Source: Macrostomum lignano
Taxonomy: Eukaryota
Direction: 5' to 3'
NCBI GenBank assembly: GCA_002269645.1
Contig: NIVC01004022.1
Location: 1-64,000 of the forward strand
DNA: 64,000 nt
The translations under genes and the position numbers were made by a program. Below are positions 11,001 to 26,000 of the stretch, one piece after another. Below the pieces are notes generated by a model, which did not search any database, was not told where the DNA came from, and saw only the letters and a list, made by a program, of their open reading frames with translations. Each line of letters starts with the position of its first letter. Positions within the stretch are counted from its first letter, which is position 1.

Positions 11001-14000
11001 GCCTACAAGACGCCAAGGCTCCATCTGTTCCCTACTCGAACTTACAGACTCCCAAGTCCCCCTGCTCAGTACATCAGCTGCAGAAAGTACTTTAGTGTAC
11101 TTCGACAGGAACCATTGTGAGTACGAAGCTGAAAACTGAGATCTGGAAGGAAACATTATCAATCTAGAAGCCTACAAGACGCCAAGGCTCCATCTGTTCC
11201 CTACTCGAACTTACAGACTCCCAAGTCCCCCTGCTCAGTACATTAATGCAGAAAGTACTTTAGTGTACTTCGACAGGAACCATTGTGAGTACGAAGCTGA
11301 AAACTGAGATCTGGAAGGAAACATTATCAATCTAGAAGCCTACAAGACGCCAAGGCTCCATCTGTTCCCTACTCGAACTTACAGACTCCCAAGTCCCCCC
11401 TGCTCAGTACATTAATATGCAGAAAGTACTTTAGTGTACTTCGACAGGAACCATTGTGAGTACGAAGCTGAAAACTGAGATCTGGAAGGAAACATTATCA
11501 ATCTAGAAGCCTACAAGACGCCAAGGCTCCATCTGTTCCCTACTCGAACTTACAGACTCCCAAGTCCCCCCTGCTCAGTACATTAATATGCAGAAAGTAC
11601 TTTAGTGTACTTCGACAGGAACCATTGTGAGTACGAAGCTGAAAACTGAGATCTGGAAGGAAACATTATCAATCTAGAAGCCTACAAGACGCCAAGGCTC
11701 CATCTGTTCCCTACTCGAACTTACAGACTCCCAAGTCCCCCCTGCTCAGTACATTAATATGCAGAAAGTACTTTAGTGTACTTCGACAGGAACCATTGTG
11801 AGTACGAAGCTGAAAACTGAGATCTGGAAGGAAACATTATCAATCTAGAAGCCTACAAGACGCCAAGGCTCCATCTGTTCCCTACTCGAACTTACAGACT
11901 CCCAAGTCCCCCTGCTCAGTACATTAATATGCAGAAAGTACTTTAGTGTACTTCGACAGGAACCATTGTGAGTACGAAGCTGAAAACTGAGATCTGGAAG
12001 GAAACATTATCAATCTAGAAGCCTACAAGACGCCAAGGCTCCATCTGTTCCCTACTCGAACTTACAGACTCCCAAGTCCCCCCTGCTCAGTACATTAATA
12101 TGCAGAAAGTACTTTAGTGTACTTCGACAGGAACCATTGTGAGTACGAAGCTGAAAACTGAGATCTGGAAGGAAACATTATCAATCTAGAAGCCTACAAG
12201 ACGCCAAGGCTCCATCTGTTCCCTACTCGAACTTACAGACTCCCAAGTCCCCCCTGCTCAGTACATTAATATGCAGAAAGTACTTTAGTGTACTTCGACA
12301 GGAACCATTGTGAGTACGAAGCTGAAAACTGAGATCTGGAAGGAAACATTATCAATCTAGAAGCCTACAAGACGCCAAGGCTCCATCTGTTCCCTACTCG
12401 AACTTACAGACTCCCAAGTCCCCCCTGCTCAGTACATTAATATGCAGAAAGTACTTTAGTGTACTTCGACAGGAACCATTGTGAGTACGAAGCTGAAAAC
12501 TGAGATCTGGAAGGAAACATTATCAATCTAGAAGCCTACAAGACGCCAAGGCTCCATCTGTTCCCTACTCGAACTTACAGACTCCCAAGTCCCCCTGCTC
12601 AGTACATTAATGCAGAAAGTACTTTAGTGTACTTCGACAGGAACCATTGTGAGTACGAAGCTGAAAACTGAGATCTGGAAGGAAACATTATCAATCTAGA
12701 AGCCTACAAGACGCCAAGGCTCCATCTGTTCCCTACTCGAACTTACAGACTCCCAAGTCCCCCTGCTCAGTACATTAATATGCAGAAAGTACTTTAGTGT
12801 ACTTCGACAGGAACCATTGTGAGTACGAAGCTGAAAACTGAGATCTGGAAGGAAACATTATCAATCTAGAAGCCTACAAGACGCCAAGGCTCCATCTGTT
12901 CCCTACTCGAACTTACAGACTCCCAAGTCCCCCCTGCTCAGTACATTAATATGCAGAAAGTACTTTAGTGTACTTCGACAGGAACCATTGTGAGTACGAA
13001 GCTGAAAACTGAGATCTGGAAGGAAACATTATCAATCTAGAAGCCTACAAGACGCCAAGGCTCCATCTGTTCCCTACTCGAACTTACAGACTCCCAAGTC
13101 CCCCCTGCTCAGTACATTAATATGCAGAAAGTACTTTAGTGTACTTCGACAGGAACCATTGTGAGTACGAAGCTGAAAACTGAGATCTGGAAGGAAACAT
13201 TATCAATCTAGAAGCCTACAAGACGCCAAGGCTCCATCTGTTCCCTACTCGAACTTACAGACTCCCAAGTCCCCCTGCTCAGTACATTAATATGCAGAAA
13301 GTACTTTAGTGTACTTCGACAGGAACCATTGTGAGTACGAAGCTGAAAACTGAGATCTGGAAGGAAACATTATCAATCTAGAAGCCTACAAGACGCCAAG
13401 GCTCCATCTGTTCCCTACTCGAACTTACAGACTCCCAAGTCCCCCTGCTCAGTACATTAATATGCAGAAAGTACTTTAGTGTACTTCGACAGGAACCATT
13501 GTGAGTACGAAGCTGAAAACTGAGATCTGGAAGGAAACATTATCAATCTAGAAGCCTACAAGACGCCAAGGCTCCATCTGTTCCCTACTCGAACTTACAG
13601 ACTCCCAAGTCCCCCCTGCTCAGTACATTAATATGCAGAAAGTACTTTAGTGTACTTCGACAGGAACCATTGTGAGTACGAAGCTGAAAACTGAGATCTG
13701 GAAGGAAACATTATCAATCTAGAAGCCTACAAGACGCCAAGGCTCCATCTGTTCCCTACTCGAACTTACAGACTCCCAAGTCCCCCTGCTCAGTACATTA
13801 ATATGCAGAAAGTACTTTAGTGTACTTCGACAGGAACCATTGTGAGTACGAAGCTGAAAACTGAGATCTGGAAGGAAACATTATCAATCTAGAAGCCTAC
13901 AAGACGCCAAGGCTCCATCTGTTCCCTACTCGAACTTACAGACTCCCAAGTCCCCCCTGCTCAGTACATTAATATGCAGAAAGTACTTTAGTGTACTTCG

Positions 14001-17000
14001 ACAGGAACCATTGTGAGTACGAAGCTGAAAACTGAGATCTGGAAGGAAACATTATCAATCTAGAAGCCTACAAGACGCCAAGGCTCCATCTGTTCCCTAC
14101 TCGAACTTACAGACTCCCAAGTCCCCCCTGCTCAGTACATTAATATGCAGAAAGTACTTTAGTGTACTTCGACAGAACCATTGTGAGTACGAAGCTGAAA
14201 ACTGAGATCTGGAAGGAAACATTATCAATCTAGAAGCCTACAAGACGCCAAGGCTCCATCTGTTCCCTACTCGAACTTACAGACTCCCAAGTCCCCCCTG
14301 CTCAGTACATTAATATGCAGAAAGTACTTTAGTGTACTTCGACAGAACCATTGTGAGTACGAAGCTGAAAACTGAGATCTGGAAGGAAACATTATCAATC
14401 TAGAAGCCTACAAGACGCCAAGGCTCCATCTGTTCCCTACTCGAACTTACAGACTCCCAAGTCCCCCCTGCTCAGTACATTAATATGCAGAAAGTACTTT
14501 AGTGTACTTCGACAGAACCATTGTGAGTACGAAGCTGAAAACTGAGATCTGGAAGGAAACATTATCAATCTAGAAGCCTACAAGACGCCAAGGCTCCATC
14601 TGTTCCCTACTCGAACTTACAGACTCCCAAGTCCCCCCTGCTCAGTACATTAATGCAGAAAGTACTTTAGTGTACTTCGACAGGAACCATTGTGAGTACG
14701 AAGCTGAAAACTGAGATCTGGAAGGAAACATTATCAATCTAGAAGCCTACAAGACGCCAAGGCTCCATCTGTTCCCTACTCGAACTTACAGACTCCCAAG
14801 TCCCCCCTGCTCAGTACATTAATATGCAGAAAGTACTTTAGTGTACTTCGACAGAACCATTGTGAGTACGAAGCTGAAAACTGAGATCTGGAAGGAAACA
14901 TTATCAATCTAGAAGCCTACAAGACGCCAAGGCTCCATCTGTTCCCTACTCGAACTTACAGACTCCCAAGTCCCCCCTGCTCAGTACATTAATATGCAGA
15001 AAGTACTTTAGTGTACTTCGACAGAACCATTGTGAGTACGAAGCTGAAAACTGAGATCTGGAAGGAAACATTATCAATCTAGAAGCCTACAAGACGCCAA
15101 GGCTCCATCTGTTCCCTACTCGAACTTACAGACTCCCAAGTCCCCCCTGCTCAGTACATTAATATGCAGAAAGTACTTTAGTGTACTTCGACAGAACCAT
15201 TGTGAGTACGAAGCTGAAAACTGAGATCTGGAAGGAAACATTATCAATCTAGAAGCCTACAAGACGCCAAGGCTCCATCTGTTCCCTACTCGAACTTACA
15301 GACTCCCAAGTCCCCCCTGCTCAGTACATTAATATGCAGAAAGTACTTTAGTGTACTTCGACAGAACCATTGTGAGTACGAAGCTGAAAACTGAGATCTG
15401 GAAGGAAACATTATCAATCTAGAAGCCTACAAGACGCCAAGGCTCCATCTGTTCCCTACTCGAACTTACAGACTCCCAAGTCCCCCCTGCTCAGTACATT
15501 AATATGCAGAAAGTACTTTAGTGTACTTCGACAGAACCATTGTGAGTACGAAGCTGAAAACTGAGATCTGGAAGGAAACATTATCAATCTAGAAGCCTAC
15601 AAGACGCCAAGGCTCCATCTGTTCCCTACTCGAACTTACAGACTCCCAAGTCCCCCCTGCTCAGTACATTAATATGCAGAAAGTACTTTAGTGTACTTCG
15701 ACAGAACCATTGTGAGTACGAAGCTGAAAACTGAGATCTGGAAGGAAACATTATCAATCTAGAAGCCTACAAGACGCCAAGGCTCCATCTGTTCCCTACT
15801 CGAACTTACAGACTCCCAAGTCCCCCCTGCTCAGTACATTAATATGCAGAAAGTACTTTAGTGTACTTCGACAGAACCATTGTGAGTACGAAGCTGAAAA
15901 CTGAGATCTGGAAGGAAACATTATCAATCTAGAAGCCTACAAGACGCCAAGGCTCCATCTGTTCCCTACTCGAACTTACAGACTCCCAAGTCCCCCCTGC
16001 TCAGTACATTAATATGCAGAAAGTACTTTAGTGTACTTCGACAGAACCATTGTGAGTACGAAGCTGAAAACTGAGATCTGGAAGGAAACATTATCAATCT
16101 AGAAGCCTACAAGACGCCAAGGCTCCATCTGTTCCCTACTCGAACTTACAGACTCCCAAGTCCCCCTGCTCAGTACATTAATATGCAGAAAGTACTTTAG
16201 TGTACTTCGACAGAACCATTGTGAGTACGAAGCTGAAAACTGAGATCTGGAAGGAAACATTATCAATCTAGAAGCCTACAAGACGCCAAGGCTCCATCTG
16301 TTCCCTACTCGAACTTACAGACTCCCAAGTCCCCCTGCTCAGTACATTAATATGCAGAAAGTACTTTAGTGTACTTCGACAGAACCATTGTGAGTACGAA
16401 GCTGAAAACTGAGATCTGGAAGGAAACATTATCAATCTAGAAGCCTACAAGACGCCAAGGCTCCATCTGTTCCCTACTCGAACTTACAGACTCCCAAGTC
16501 CCCCCTGCTCAGTACATTAATATGCAGAAAGTACTTTAGTGTACTTCGACAGAACCATTGTGAGTACGAAGCTGAAAACTGAGATCTGGAAGGAAACATT
16601 ATCAATCTAGAAGCCTACAAGACGCCAAGGCTCCATCTGTTCCCTACTCGAACTTACAGACTCCCAAGTCCCCCCTGCTCAGTACATTAATATGCAGAAA
16701 GTACTTTAGTGTACTTCGACAGAACCATTGTGAGTACGAAGCTGAAAACTGAGATCTGGAAGGAAACATTATCAATCTAGAAGCCTACAAGACGCCAAGG
16801 CTCCATCTGTTCCCTACTCGAACTTACAGACTCCCAAGTCCCCCCTGCTCAGTACATTAATATGCAGAAAGTACTTTAGTGTACTTCGACAGAACCATTG
16901 TGAGTACGAAGCTGAAAACTGAGATCTGGAAGGAAACATTATCAATCTAGAAGCCTACAAGACGCCAAGGCTCCATCTGTTCCCTACTCGAACTTACAGA

Positions 17001-20000
17001 CTCCCAAGTCCCCCCTGCTCAGTACATTAATATGCAGAAAGTACTTTAGTGTACTTCGACAGAACCATTGTGAGTACGAAGCTGAAAACTGAGATCTGGA
17101 AGGAAACATTATCAATCTAGAAGCCTACAAGACGCCAAGGCTCCATCTGTTCCCTACTCGAACTTACAGACTCCCAAGTCCCCCCTGCTCAGTACATTAA
17201 TATGCAGAAAGTACTTTAGTGTACTTCGACAGAACCATTGTGAGTACGAAGCTGAAAACTGAGATCTGGAAGGAAACATTATCAATCTAGAAGCCTACAA
17301 GACGCCAAGGCTCCATCTGTTCCCTACTCGAACTTACAGACTCCCAAGTCCCCCCTGCTCAGTACATTAATATGCAGAAAGTACTTTAGTGTACTTCGAC
17401 AGAACCATTGTGAGTACGAAGCTGAAAACTGAGATCTGGAAGGAAACATTATCAATCTAGAAGCCTACAAGACGCCAAGGCTCCATCTGTTCCCTACTCG
17501 AACTTACAGACTCCCAAGTCCCCCCTGCTCAGTACATTAATATGCAGAAAGTACTTTAGTGTACTTCGACAGAACCATTGTGAGTACGAAGCTGAAAACT
17601 GAGATCTGGAAGGAAACATTATCAATCTAGAAGCCTACAAGACGCCAAGGCTCCATCTGTTCCCTACTCGAACTTACAGACTCCCAAGTCCCCCTGCTCA
17701 GTACATTAATATGCAGAAAGTACTTTAGTGTACTTCGACAGAACCATTGTGAGTACGAAGCTGAAAACTGAGATCTGGAAGGAAACATTATCAATCTAGA
17801 AGCCTACAAGACGCCAAGGCTCCATCTGTTCCCTACTCGAACTTACAGACTCCCAAGTCCCCCCTGCTCAGTACATTAATATGCAGAAAGTACTTTAGTG
17901 TACTTCGACAGAACCATTGTGAGTACGAAGCTGAAAACTGAGATCTGGAAGGAAACATTATCAATCTAGAAGCCTACAAGACGCCAAGGCTCCATCTGTT
18001 CCCTACTCGAACTTACAGACTCCCAAGTCCCCCCTGCTCAGTACATTAATATGCAGAAAGTACTTTAGTGTACTTCGACAGAACCATTGTGAGTACGAAG
18101 CTGAAAACTGAGATCTGGAAGGAAACATTATCAATCTAGAAGCCTACAAGACGCCAAGGCTCCATCTGTTCCCTACTCGAACTTACAGACTCCCAAGTCC
18201 CCCCTGCTCAGTACATTAATATGCAGAAAGTACTTTAGTGTACTTCGACAGAACCATTGTGAGTACGAAGCTGAAAACTGAGATCTGGAAGGAAACATTA
18301 TCAATCTAGAAGCCTACAAGACGCCAAGGCTCCATCTGTTCCCTACTCGAACTTACAGACTCCCAAGTCCCCCCTGCTCAGTACATTAATATGCAGAAAG
18401 TACTTTAGTGTACTTCGACAGAACCATTGTGAGTACGAAGCTGAAAACTGAGATCTGGAAGGAAACATTATCAATCTAGAAGCCTACAAGACGCCAAGGC
18501 TCCATCTGTTCCCTACTCGAACTTACAGACTCCCAAGTCCCCCCTGCTCAGTACATTAATATGCAGAAAGTACTTTAGTGTACTTCGACAGAACCATTGT
18601 GAGTACGAAGCTGAAAACTGAGATCTGGAAGGAAACATTATCAATCTAGAAGCCTACAAGACGCCAAGGCTCCATCTGTTCCCTACTCGAACTTACAGAC
18701 TCCCAAGTCCCCCCTGCTCAGTACATTAATATGCAGAAAGTACTTTAGTGTACTTCGACAGAACCATTGTGAGTACGAAGCTGAAAACTGAGATCTGGAA
18801 GGAAACATTATCAATCTAGAAGCCTACAAGACGCCAAGGCTCCATCTGTTCCCTACTCGAACTTACAGACTCCCAAGTCCCCCCTGCTCAGTACATTAAT
18901 ATGCAGAAAGTACTTTAGTGTACTTCGACAGAACCATTGTGAGTACGAAGCTGAAAACTGAGATCTGGAAGGAAACATTATCAATCTAGAAGCCTACAAG
19001 ACGCCAAGGCTCCATCTGTTCCCTACTCGAACTTACAGACTCCCAAGTCCCCCCTGCTCAGTACATTAATATGCAGAAAGTACTTTAGTGTACTTCGACA
19101 GAACCATTGTGAGTACGAAGCTGAAAACTGAGATCTGGAAGGAAACATTATCAATCTAGAAGCCTACAAGACGCCAAGGCTCCATCTGTTCCCTACTCGA
19201 ACTTACAGACTCCCAAGTCCCCCCTGCTCAGTACATTAATATGCAGAAAGTACTTTAGTGTACTTCGACAGAACCATTGTGAGTACGAAGCTGAAAACTG
19301 AGATCTGGAAGGAAACATTATCAATCTAGAAGCCTACAAGACGCCAAGGCTCCATCTGTTCCCTACTCGAACTTACAGACTCCCAAGTCCCCCCTGCTCA
19401 GTACATTAATATGCAGAAAGTACTTTAGTGTACTTCGACAGAACCATTGTGAGTACGAAGCTGAAAACTGAGATCTGGAAGGAAACATTATCAATCTAGA
19501 AGCCTACAAGACGCCAAGGCTCCATCTGTTCCCTACTCGAACTTACAGACTCCCAAGTCCCCCCTGCTCAGTACATTAATATGCAGAAAGTACTTTAGTG
19601 TACTTCGACAGAACCATTGTGAGTACGAAGCTGAAAACTGAGATCTGGAAGGAAACATTATCAATCTAGAAGCCTACAAGACGCCAAGGCTCCATCTGTT
19701 CCCTACTCGAACTTACAGACTCCCAAGTCCCCCCTGCTCAGTACATTAATATGCAGAAAGTACTTTAGTGTACTTCGACAGAACCATTGTGAGTACGAAG
19801 CTGAAAACTGAGATCTGGAAGGAAACATTATCAATCTAGAAGCCTACAAGACGCCAAGGCTCCATCTGTTCCCTACTCGAACTTACAGACTCCCAAGTCC
19901 CCCCTGCTCAGTACATTAATATGCAGAAAGTACTTTAGTGTACTTCGACAGAACCATTGTGAGTACGAAGCTGAAAACTGAGATCTGGAAGGAAACATTA

Positions 20001-23000
20001 TCAATCTAGAAGCCTACAAGACGCCAAGGCTCCATCTGTTCCCTACTCGAACTTACAGACTCCCAAGTCCCCCCTGCTCAGTACATTAATATGCAGAAAG
20101 TACTTTAGTGTACTTCGACAGAACCATTGTGAGTACGAAGCTGAAAACTGAGATCTGGAAGGAAACATTATCAATCTAGAAGCCTACAAGACGCCAAGGC
20201 TCCATCTGTTCCCTACTCGAACTTACAGACTCCCAAGTCCCCCCTGCTCAGTACATTAATATGCAGAAAGTACTTTAGTGTACTTCGACAGAACCATTGT
20301 GAGTACGAAGCTGAAAACTGAGATCTGGAAGGAAACATTATCAATCTAGAAGCCTACAAGACGCCAAGGCTCCATCTGTTCCCTACTCGAACTTACAGAC
20401 TCCCAAGTCCCCCCTGCTCAGTACATTAATATGCAGAAAGTACTTTAGTGTACTTCGACAGAACCATTGTGAGTACGAAGCTGAAAACTGAGATCTGGAA
20501 GGAAACATTATCAATCTAGAAGCCTACAAGACGCCAAGGCTCCATCTGTTCCCTACTCGAACTTACAGACTCCCAAGTCCCCCCTGCTCAGTACATTAAT
20601 ATGCAGAAAGTACTTTAGTGTACTTCGACAGAACCATTGTGAGTACGAAGCTGAAAACTGAGATCTGGAAGGAAACATTATCAATCTAGAAGCCTACAAG
20701 ACGCCAAGGCTCCATCTGTTCCCTACTCGAACTTACAGACTCCCAAGTCCCCCCTGCTCAGTACATTAATATGCAGAAAGTACTTTAGTGTACTTCGACA
20801 AACCATTGTGAGTACGAAGCTGAAAACTGAGATCTGGAAGGAAACATTATCAATCTAGAAGCCTACAAGACGCCAAGGCTCCATCTGTTCCCTACTCGAA
20901 CTTACAGACTCCCAAGTCCCCCCTGCTCAGTACATTAATATGCAGAAAGTACTTTAGTGTACTTCGACAGAACCATTGTGAGTACGAAGCTGAAAACTGA
21001 GATCTGGAAGGAAACATTATCAATCTAGAAGCCTACAAGACGCCAAGGCTCCATCTGTTCCCTACTCGAACTTACAGACTCCCAAGTCCCCCCTGCTCAG
21101 TACATTAATATGCAGAAAGTACTTTAGTGTACTTCGACAGAACCATTGTGAGTACGAAGCTGAAAACTGAGATCTGGAAGGAAACATTATCAATCTAGAA
21201 GCCTACAAGACGCCAAGGCTCCATCTGTTCCCTACTCGAACTTACAGACTCCCAAGTCCCCCCTGCTCAGTACATTAATATGCAGAAAGTACTTTAGTGT
21301 ACTTCGACAGAACCATTGTGAGTACGAAGCTGAAAACTGAGATCTGGAAGGAAACATTATCAATCTAGAAGCCTACAAGACGCCAAGGCTCCATCTGTTC
21401 CCTACTCGAACTTACAGACTCCCAAGTCCCCCCTGCTCAGTACATTAATATGCAGAAAGTACTTTAGTGTACTTCGACAGAACCATTGTGAGTACGAAGC
21501 TGAAAACTGAGATCTGGAAGGAAACATTATCAATCTAGAAGCCTACAAGACGCCAAGGCTCCATCTGTTCCCTACTCGAACTTACAGACTCCCAAGTCCC
21601 CCCTGCTCAGTACATTAATATGCAGAAAGTACTTTAGTGTACTTCGACAGAACCATTGTGAGTACGAAGCTGAAAACTGAGATCTGGAAGGAAACATTAT
21701 CAATCTAGAAGCCTACAAGACGCCAAGGCTCCATCTGTTCCCTACTCGAACTTACAGACTCCCAAGTCCCCCCTGCTCAGTACATTAATATGCAGAAAGT
21801 ACTTTAGTGTACTTCGACAGAACCATTGTGAGTACGAAGCTGAAAACTGAGATCTGGAAGGAAACATTATCAATCTAGAAGCCTACAAGACGCCAAGGCT
21901 CCATCTGTTCCCTACTCGAACTTACAGACTCCCAAGTCCCCCCTGCTCAGTACATTAATATGCAGAAAGTACTTTAGTGTACTTCGACAGAACCATTGTG
22001 AGTACGAAGCTGAAAACTGAGATCTGGAAGGAAACATTATCAATCTAGAAGCCTACAAGACGCCAAGGCTCCATCTGTTCCCTACTCGAACTTACAGACT
22101 CCCAAGTCCCCCCTGCTCAGTACATTAATATGCAGAAAGTACTTTAGTGTACTTCGACAGAACCATTGTGAGTACGAAGCTGAAAACTGAGATCTGGAAG
22201 GAAACATTATCAATCTAGAAGCCTACAAGACGCCAAGGCTCCATCTGTTCCCTACTCGAACTTACAGACTCCCAAGTCCCCCCTGCTCAGTACATTAATA
22301 TGCAGAAAGTACTTTAGTGTACTTCGACAGAACCATTGTGAGTACGAAGCTGAAAACTGAGATCTGGAAGGAAACATTATCAATCTAGAAGCCTACAAGA
22401 CGCCAAGGCTCCATCTGTTCCCTACTCGAACTTACAGACTCCCAAGTCCCCCCTGCTCAGTACATTAATATGCAGAAAGTACTTTAGTGTACTTCGACAG
22501 AACCATTGTGAGTACGAAGCTGAAAACTGAGATCTGGAAGGAAACATTATCAATCTAGAAGCCTACAAGACGCCAAGGCTCCATCTGTTCCCTACTCGAA
22601 CTTACAGACTCCCAAGTCCCCCCTGCTCAGTACATTAATATGCAGAAAGTACTTTAGTGTACTTCGACAGAACCATTGTGAGTACGAAGCTGAAAACTGA
22701 GATCTGGAAGGAAACATTATCAATCTAGAAGCCTACAAGACGCCAAGGCTCCATCTGTTCCCTACTCGAACTTACAGACTCCCAAGTCCCCCCTGCTCAG
22801 TACATTAATATGCAGAAAGTACTTTAGTGTACTTCGACAGAACCATTGTGAGTACGAAGCTGAAAACTGAGATCTGGAAGGAAACATTATCAATCTAGAA
22901 GCCTACAAGACGCCAAGGCTCCATCTGTTCCCTACTCGAACTTACAGACTCCCAAGTCCCCCCTGCTCAGTACATTAATATGCAGAAAGTACTTTAGTGT

Positions 23001-26000
23001 ACTTCGACAGAACCATTGTGAGTACGAAGCTGAAAACTGAGATCTGGAAGGAAACATTATCAATCTAGAAGCCTACAAGACGCCAAGGCTCCATCTGTTC
23101 CCTACTCGAACTTACAGACTCCCAAGTCCCCCCTGCTCAGTACATTAATATGCAGAAAGTACTTTAGTGTACTTCGACAGAACCATTGTGAGTACGAAGC
23201 TGAAAACTGAGATCTGGAAGGAAACATTATCAATCTAGAAGCCTACAAGACGCCAAGGCTCCATCTGTTCCCTACTCGAACTTACAGACTCCCAAGTCCC
23301 CCCTGCTCAGTACATTAATATGCAGAAAGTACTTTAGTGTACTTCGACAAGAACCATTGTGAGTACGAAGCTGAAAACTGAGATCTGGAAGGAAACATTA
23401 TCAATCTAGAAGCCTACAAGACGCCAAGGCTCCATCTGTTCCCTACTCGAACTTACAGACTCCCAAGTCCCCCCTGCTCAGTACATTAATATGCAGAAAG
23501 TACTTTAGTGTACTTCGACAGAACCATTGTGAGTACGAAGCTGAAAACTGAGATCTGGAAGGAAACATTATCAATCTAGAAGCCTACAAGACGCCAAGGC
23601 TCCATCTGTTCCCTACTCGAACTTACAGACTCCCAAGTCCCCCCTGCTCAGTACATTAATATGCAGAAAGTACTTTAGTGTACTTCGACAGAACCATTGT
23701 GAGTACGAAGCTGAAAACTGAGATCTGGAAGGAAACATTATCAATCTAGAAGCCTACAAGACGCCAAGGCTCCATCTGTTCCCTACTCGAACTTACAGAC
23801 TCCCAAGTCCCCCCTGCTCAGTACATTAATATGCAGAAAGTACTTTAGTGTACTTCGACAGAACCATTGTGAGTACGAAGCTGAAAACTGAGATCTGGAA
23901 GGAAACATTATCAATCTAGAAGCCTACAAGACGCCAAGGCTCCATCTGTTCCCTACTCGAACTTACAGACTCCCAAGTCCCCCCTGCTCAGTACATTAAT
24001 ATGCAGAAAGTACTTTAGTGTACTTCGACAGAACCATTGTGAGTACGAAGCTGAAAACTGAGATCTGGAAGGAAACATTATCAATCTAGAAGCCTACAAG
24101 ACGCCAAGGCTCCATCTGTTCCCTACTCGAACTTACAGACTCCCAAGTCCCCCCTGCTCAGTACATTAATATGCAGAAAGTACTTTAGTGTACTTCGACA
24201 GAACCATTGTGAGTACGAAGCTGAAAACTGAGATCTGGAAGGAAACATTATCAATCTAGAAGCCTACAAGACGCCAAGGCTCCATCTGTTCCCTACTCGA
24301 ACTTACAGACTCCCAAGTCCCCCCTGCTCAGTACATTAATATGCAGAAAGTACTTTAGTGTACTTCGACAGAACCATTGTGAGTACGAAGCTGAAAACTG
24401 AGATCTGGAAGGAAACATTATCAATCTAGAAGCCTACAAGACGCCAAGGCTCCATCTGTTCCCTACTCGAACTTACAGACTCCCAAGTCCCCCCTGCTCA
24501 GTACATTAATATGCAGAAAGTACTTTAGTGTACTTCGACAGAACCATTGTGAGTACGAAGCTGAAAACTGAGATCTGGAAGGAAACATTATCAATCTAGA
24601 AGCCTACAAGACGCCAAGGCTCCATCTGTTCCCTACTCGAACTTACAGACTCCCAAGTCCCCCCTGCTCAGTACATTAATATGCAGAAAGTACTTTAGTG
24701 TACTTCGACAGAACCATTGTGAGTACGAAGCTGAAAACTGAGATCTGGAAGGAAACATTATCAATCTAGAAGCCTACAAGACGCCAAGGCTCCATCTGTT
24801 CCCTACTCGAACTTACAGACTCCCAAGTCCCCCCTGCTCAGTACATTAATATGCAGAAAGTACTTTAGTGTACTTCGACAGAACCATTGTGAGTACGAAG
24901 CTGAAAACTGAGATCTGGAAGGAAACATTATCAATCTAGAAGCCTACAAGACGCCAAGGCTCCATCTGTTCCCTACTCGAACTTACAGACTCCCAAGTCC
25001 CCCTGCTCAGTACATTAATATGCAGAAAGTACTTTAGTGTACTTCGACAGAACCATTGTGAGTACGAAGCTGAAAACTGAGATCTGGAAGGAAACATTAT
25101 CAATCTAGAAGCCTACAAGACGCCAAGGCTCCATCTGTTCCCTACTCGAACTTACAGACTCCCAAGTCCCCCCTGCTCAGTACATTAATATGCAGAAAGT
25201 ACTTTAGTGTACTTCGACAGAACCATTGTGAGTACGAAGCTGAAAACTGAGATCTGGAAGGAAACATTATCAATCTAGAAGCCTACAAGACGCCAAGGCT
25301 CCATCTGTTCCCTACTCGAACTTACAGACTCCCAAGTCCCCCCTGCTCAGTACATTAATATGCAGAAAGTACTTTAGTGTACTTCGACAGAACCATTGTG
25401 AGTACGAAGCTGAAAACTGAGATCTGGAAGGAAACATTATCAATCTAGAAGCCTACAAGACGCCAAGGCTCCATCTGTTCCCTACTCGAACTTACAGACT
25501 CCCAAGTCCCCCCTGCTCAGTACATTAATATGCAGAAAGTACTTTAGTGTACTTCGACAGAACCATTGTGAGTACGAAGCTGAAAACTGAGATCTGGAAG
25601 GAAACATTATCAATCTAGAAGCCTACAAGACGCCAAGGCTCCATCTGTTCCCTACTCGAACTTACAGACTCCCAAGTCCCCCCTGCTCAGTACATTAATA
25701 TGCAGAAAGTACTTTAGTGTACTTCGACAGAACCATTGTGAGTACGAAGCTGAAAACTGAGATCTGGAAGGAAACATTATCAATCTAGAAGCCTACAAGA
25801 CGCCAAGGCTCCATCTGTTCCCTACTCGAACTTACAGACTCCCAAGTCCCCCCTGCTCAGTACATTAATATGCAGAAAGTACTTTAGTGTACTTCGACAG
25901 AACCATTGTGAGTACGAAGCTGAAAACTGAGATCTGGAAGGAAACATTATCAATCTAGAAGCCTACAAGACGCCAAGGCTCCATCTGTTCCCTACTCGAA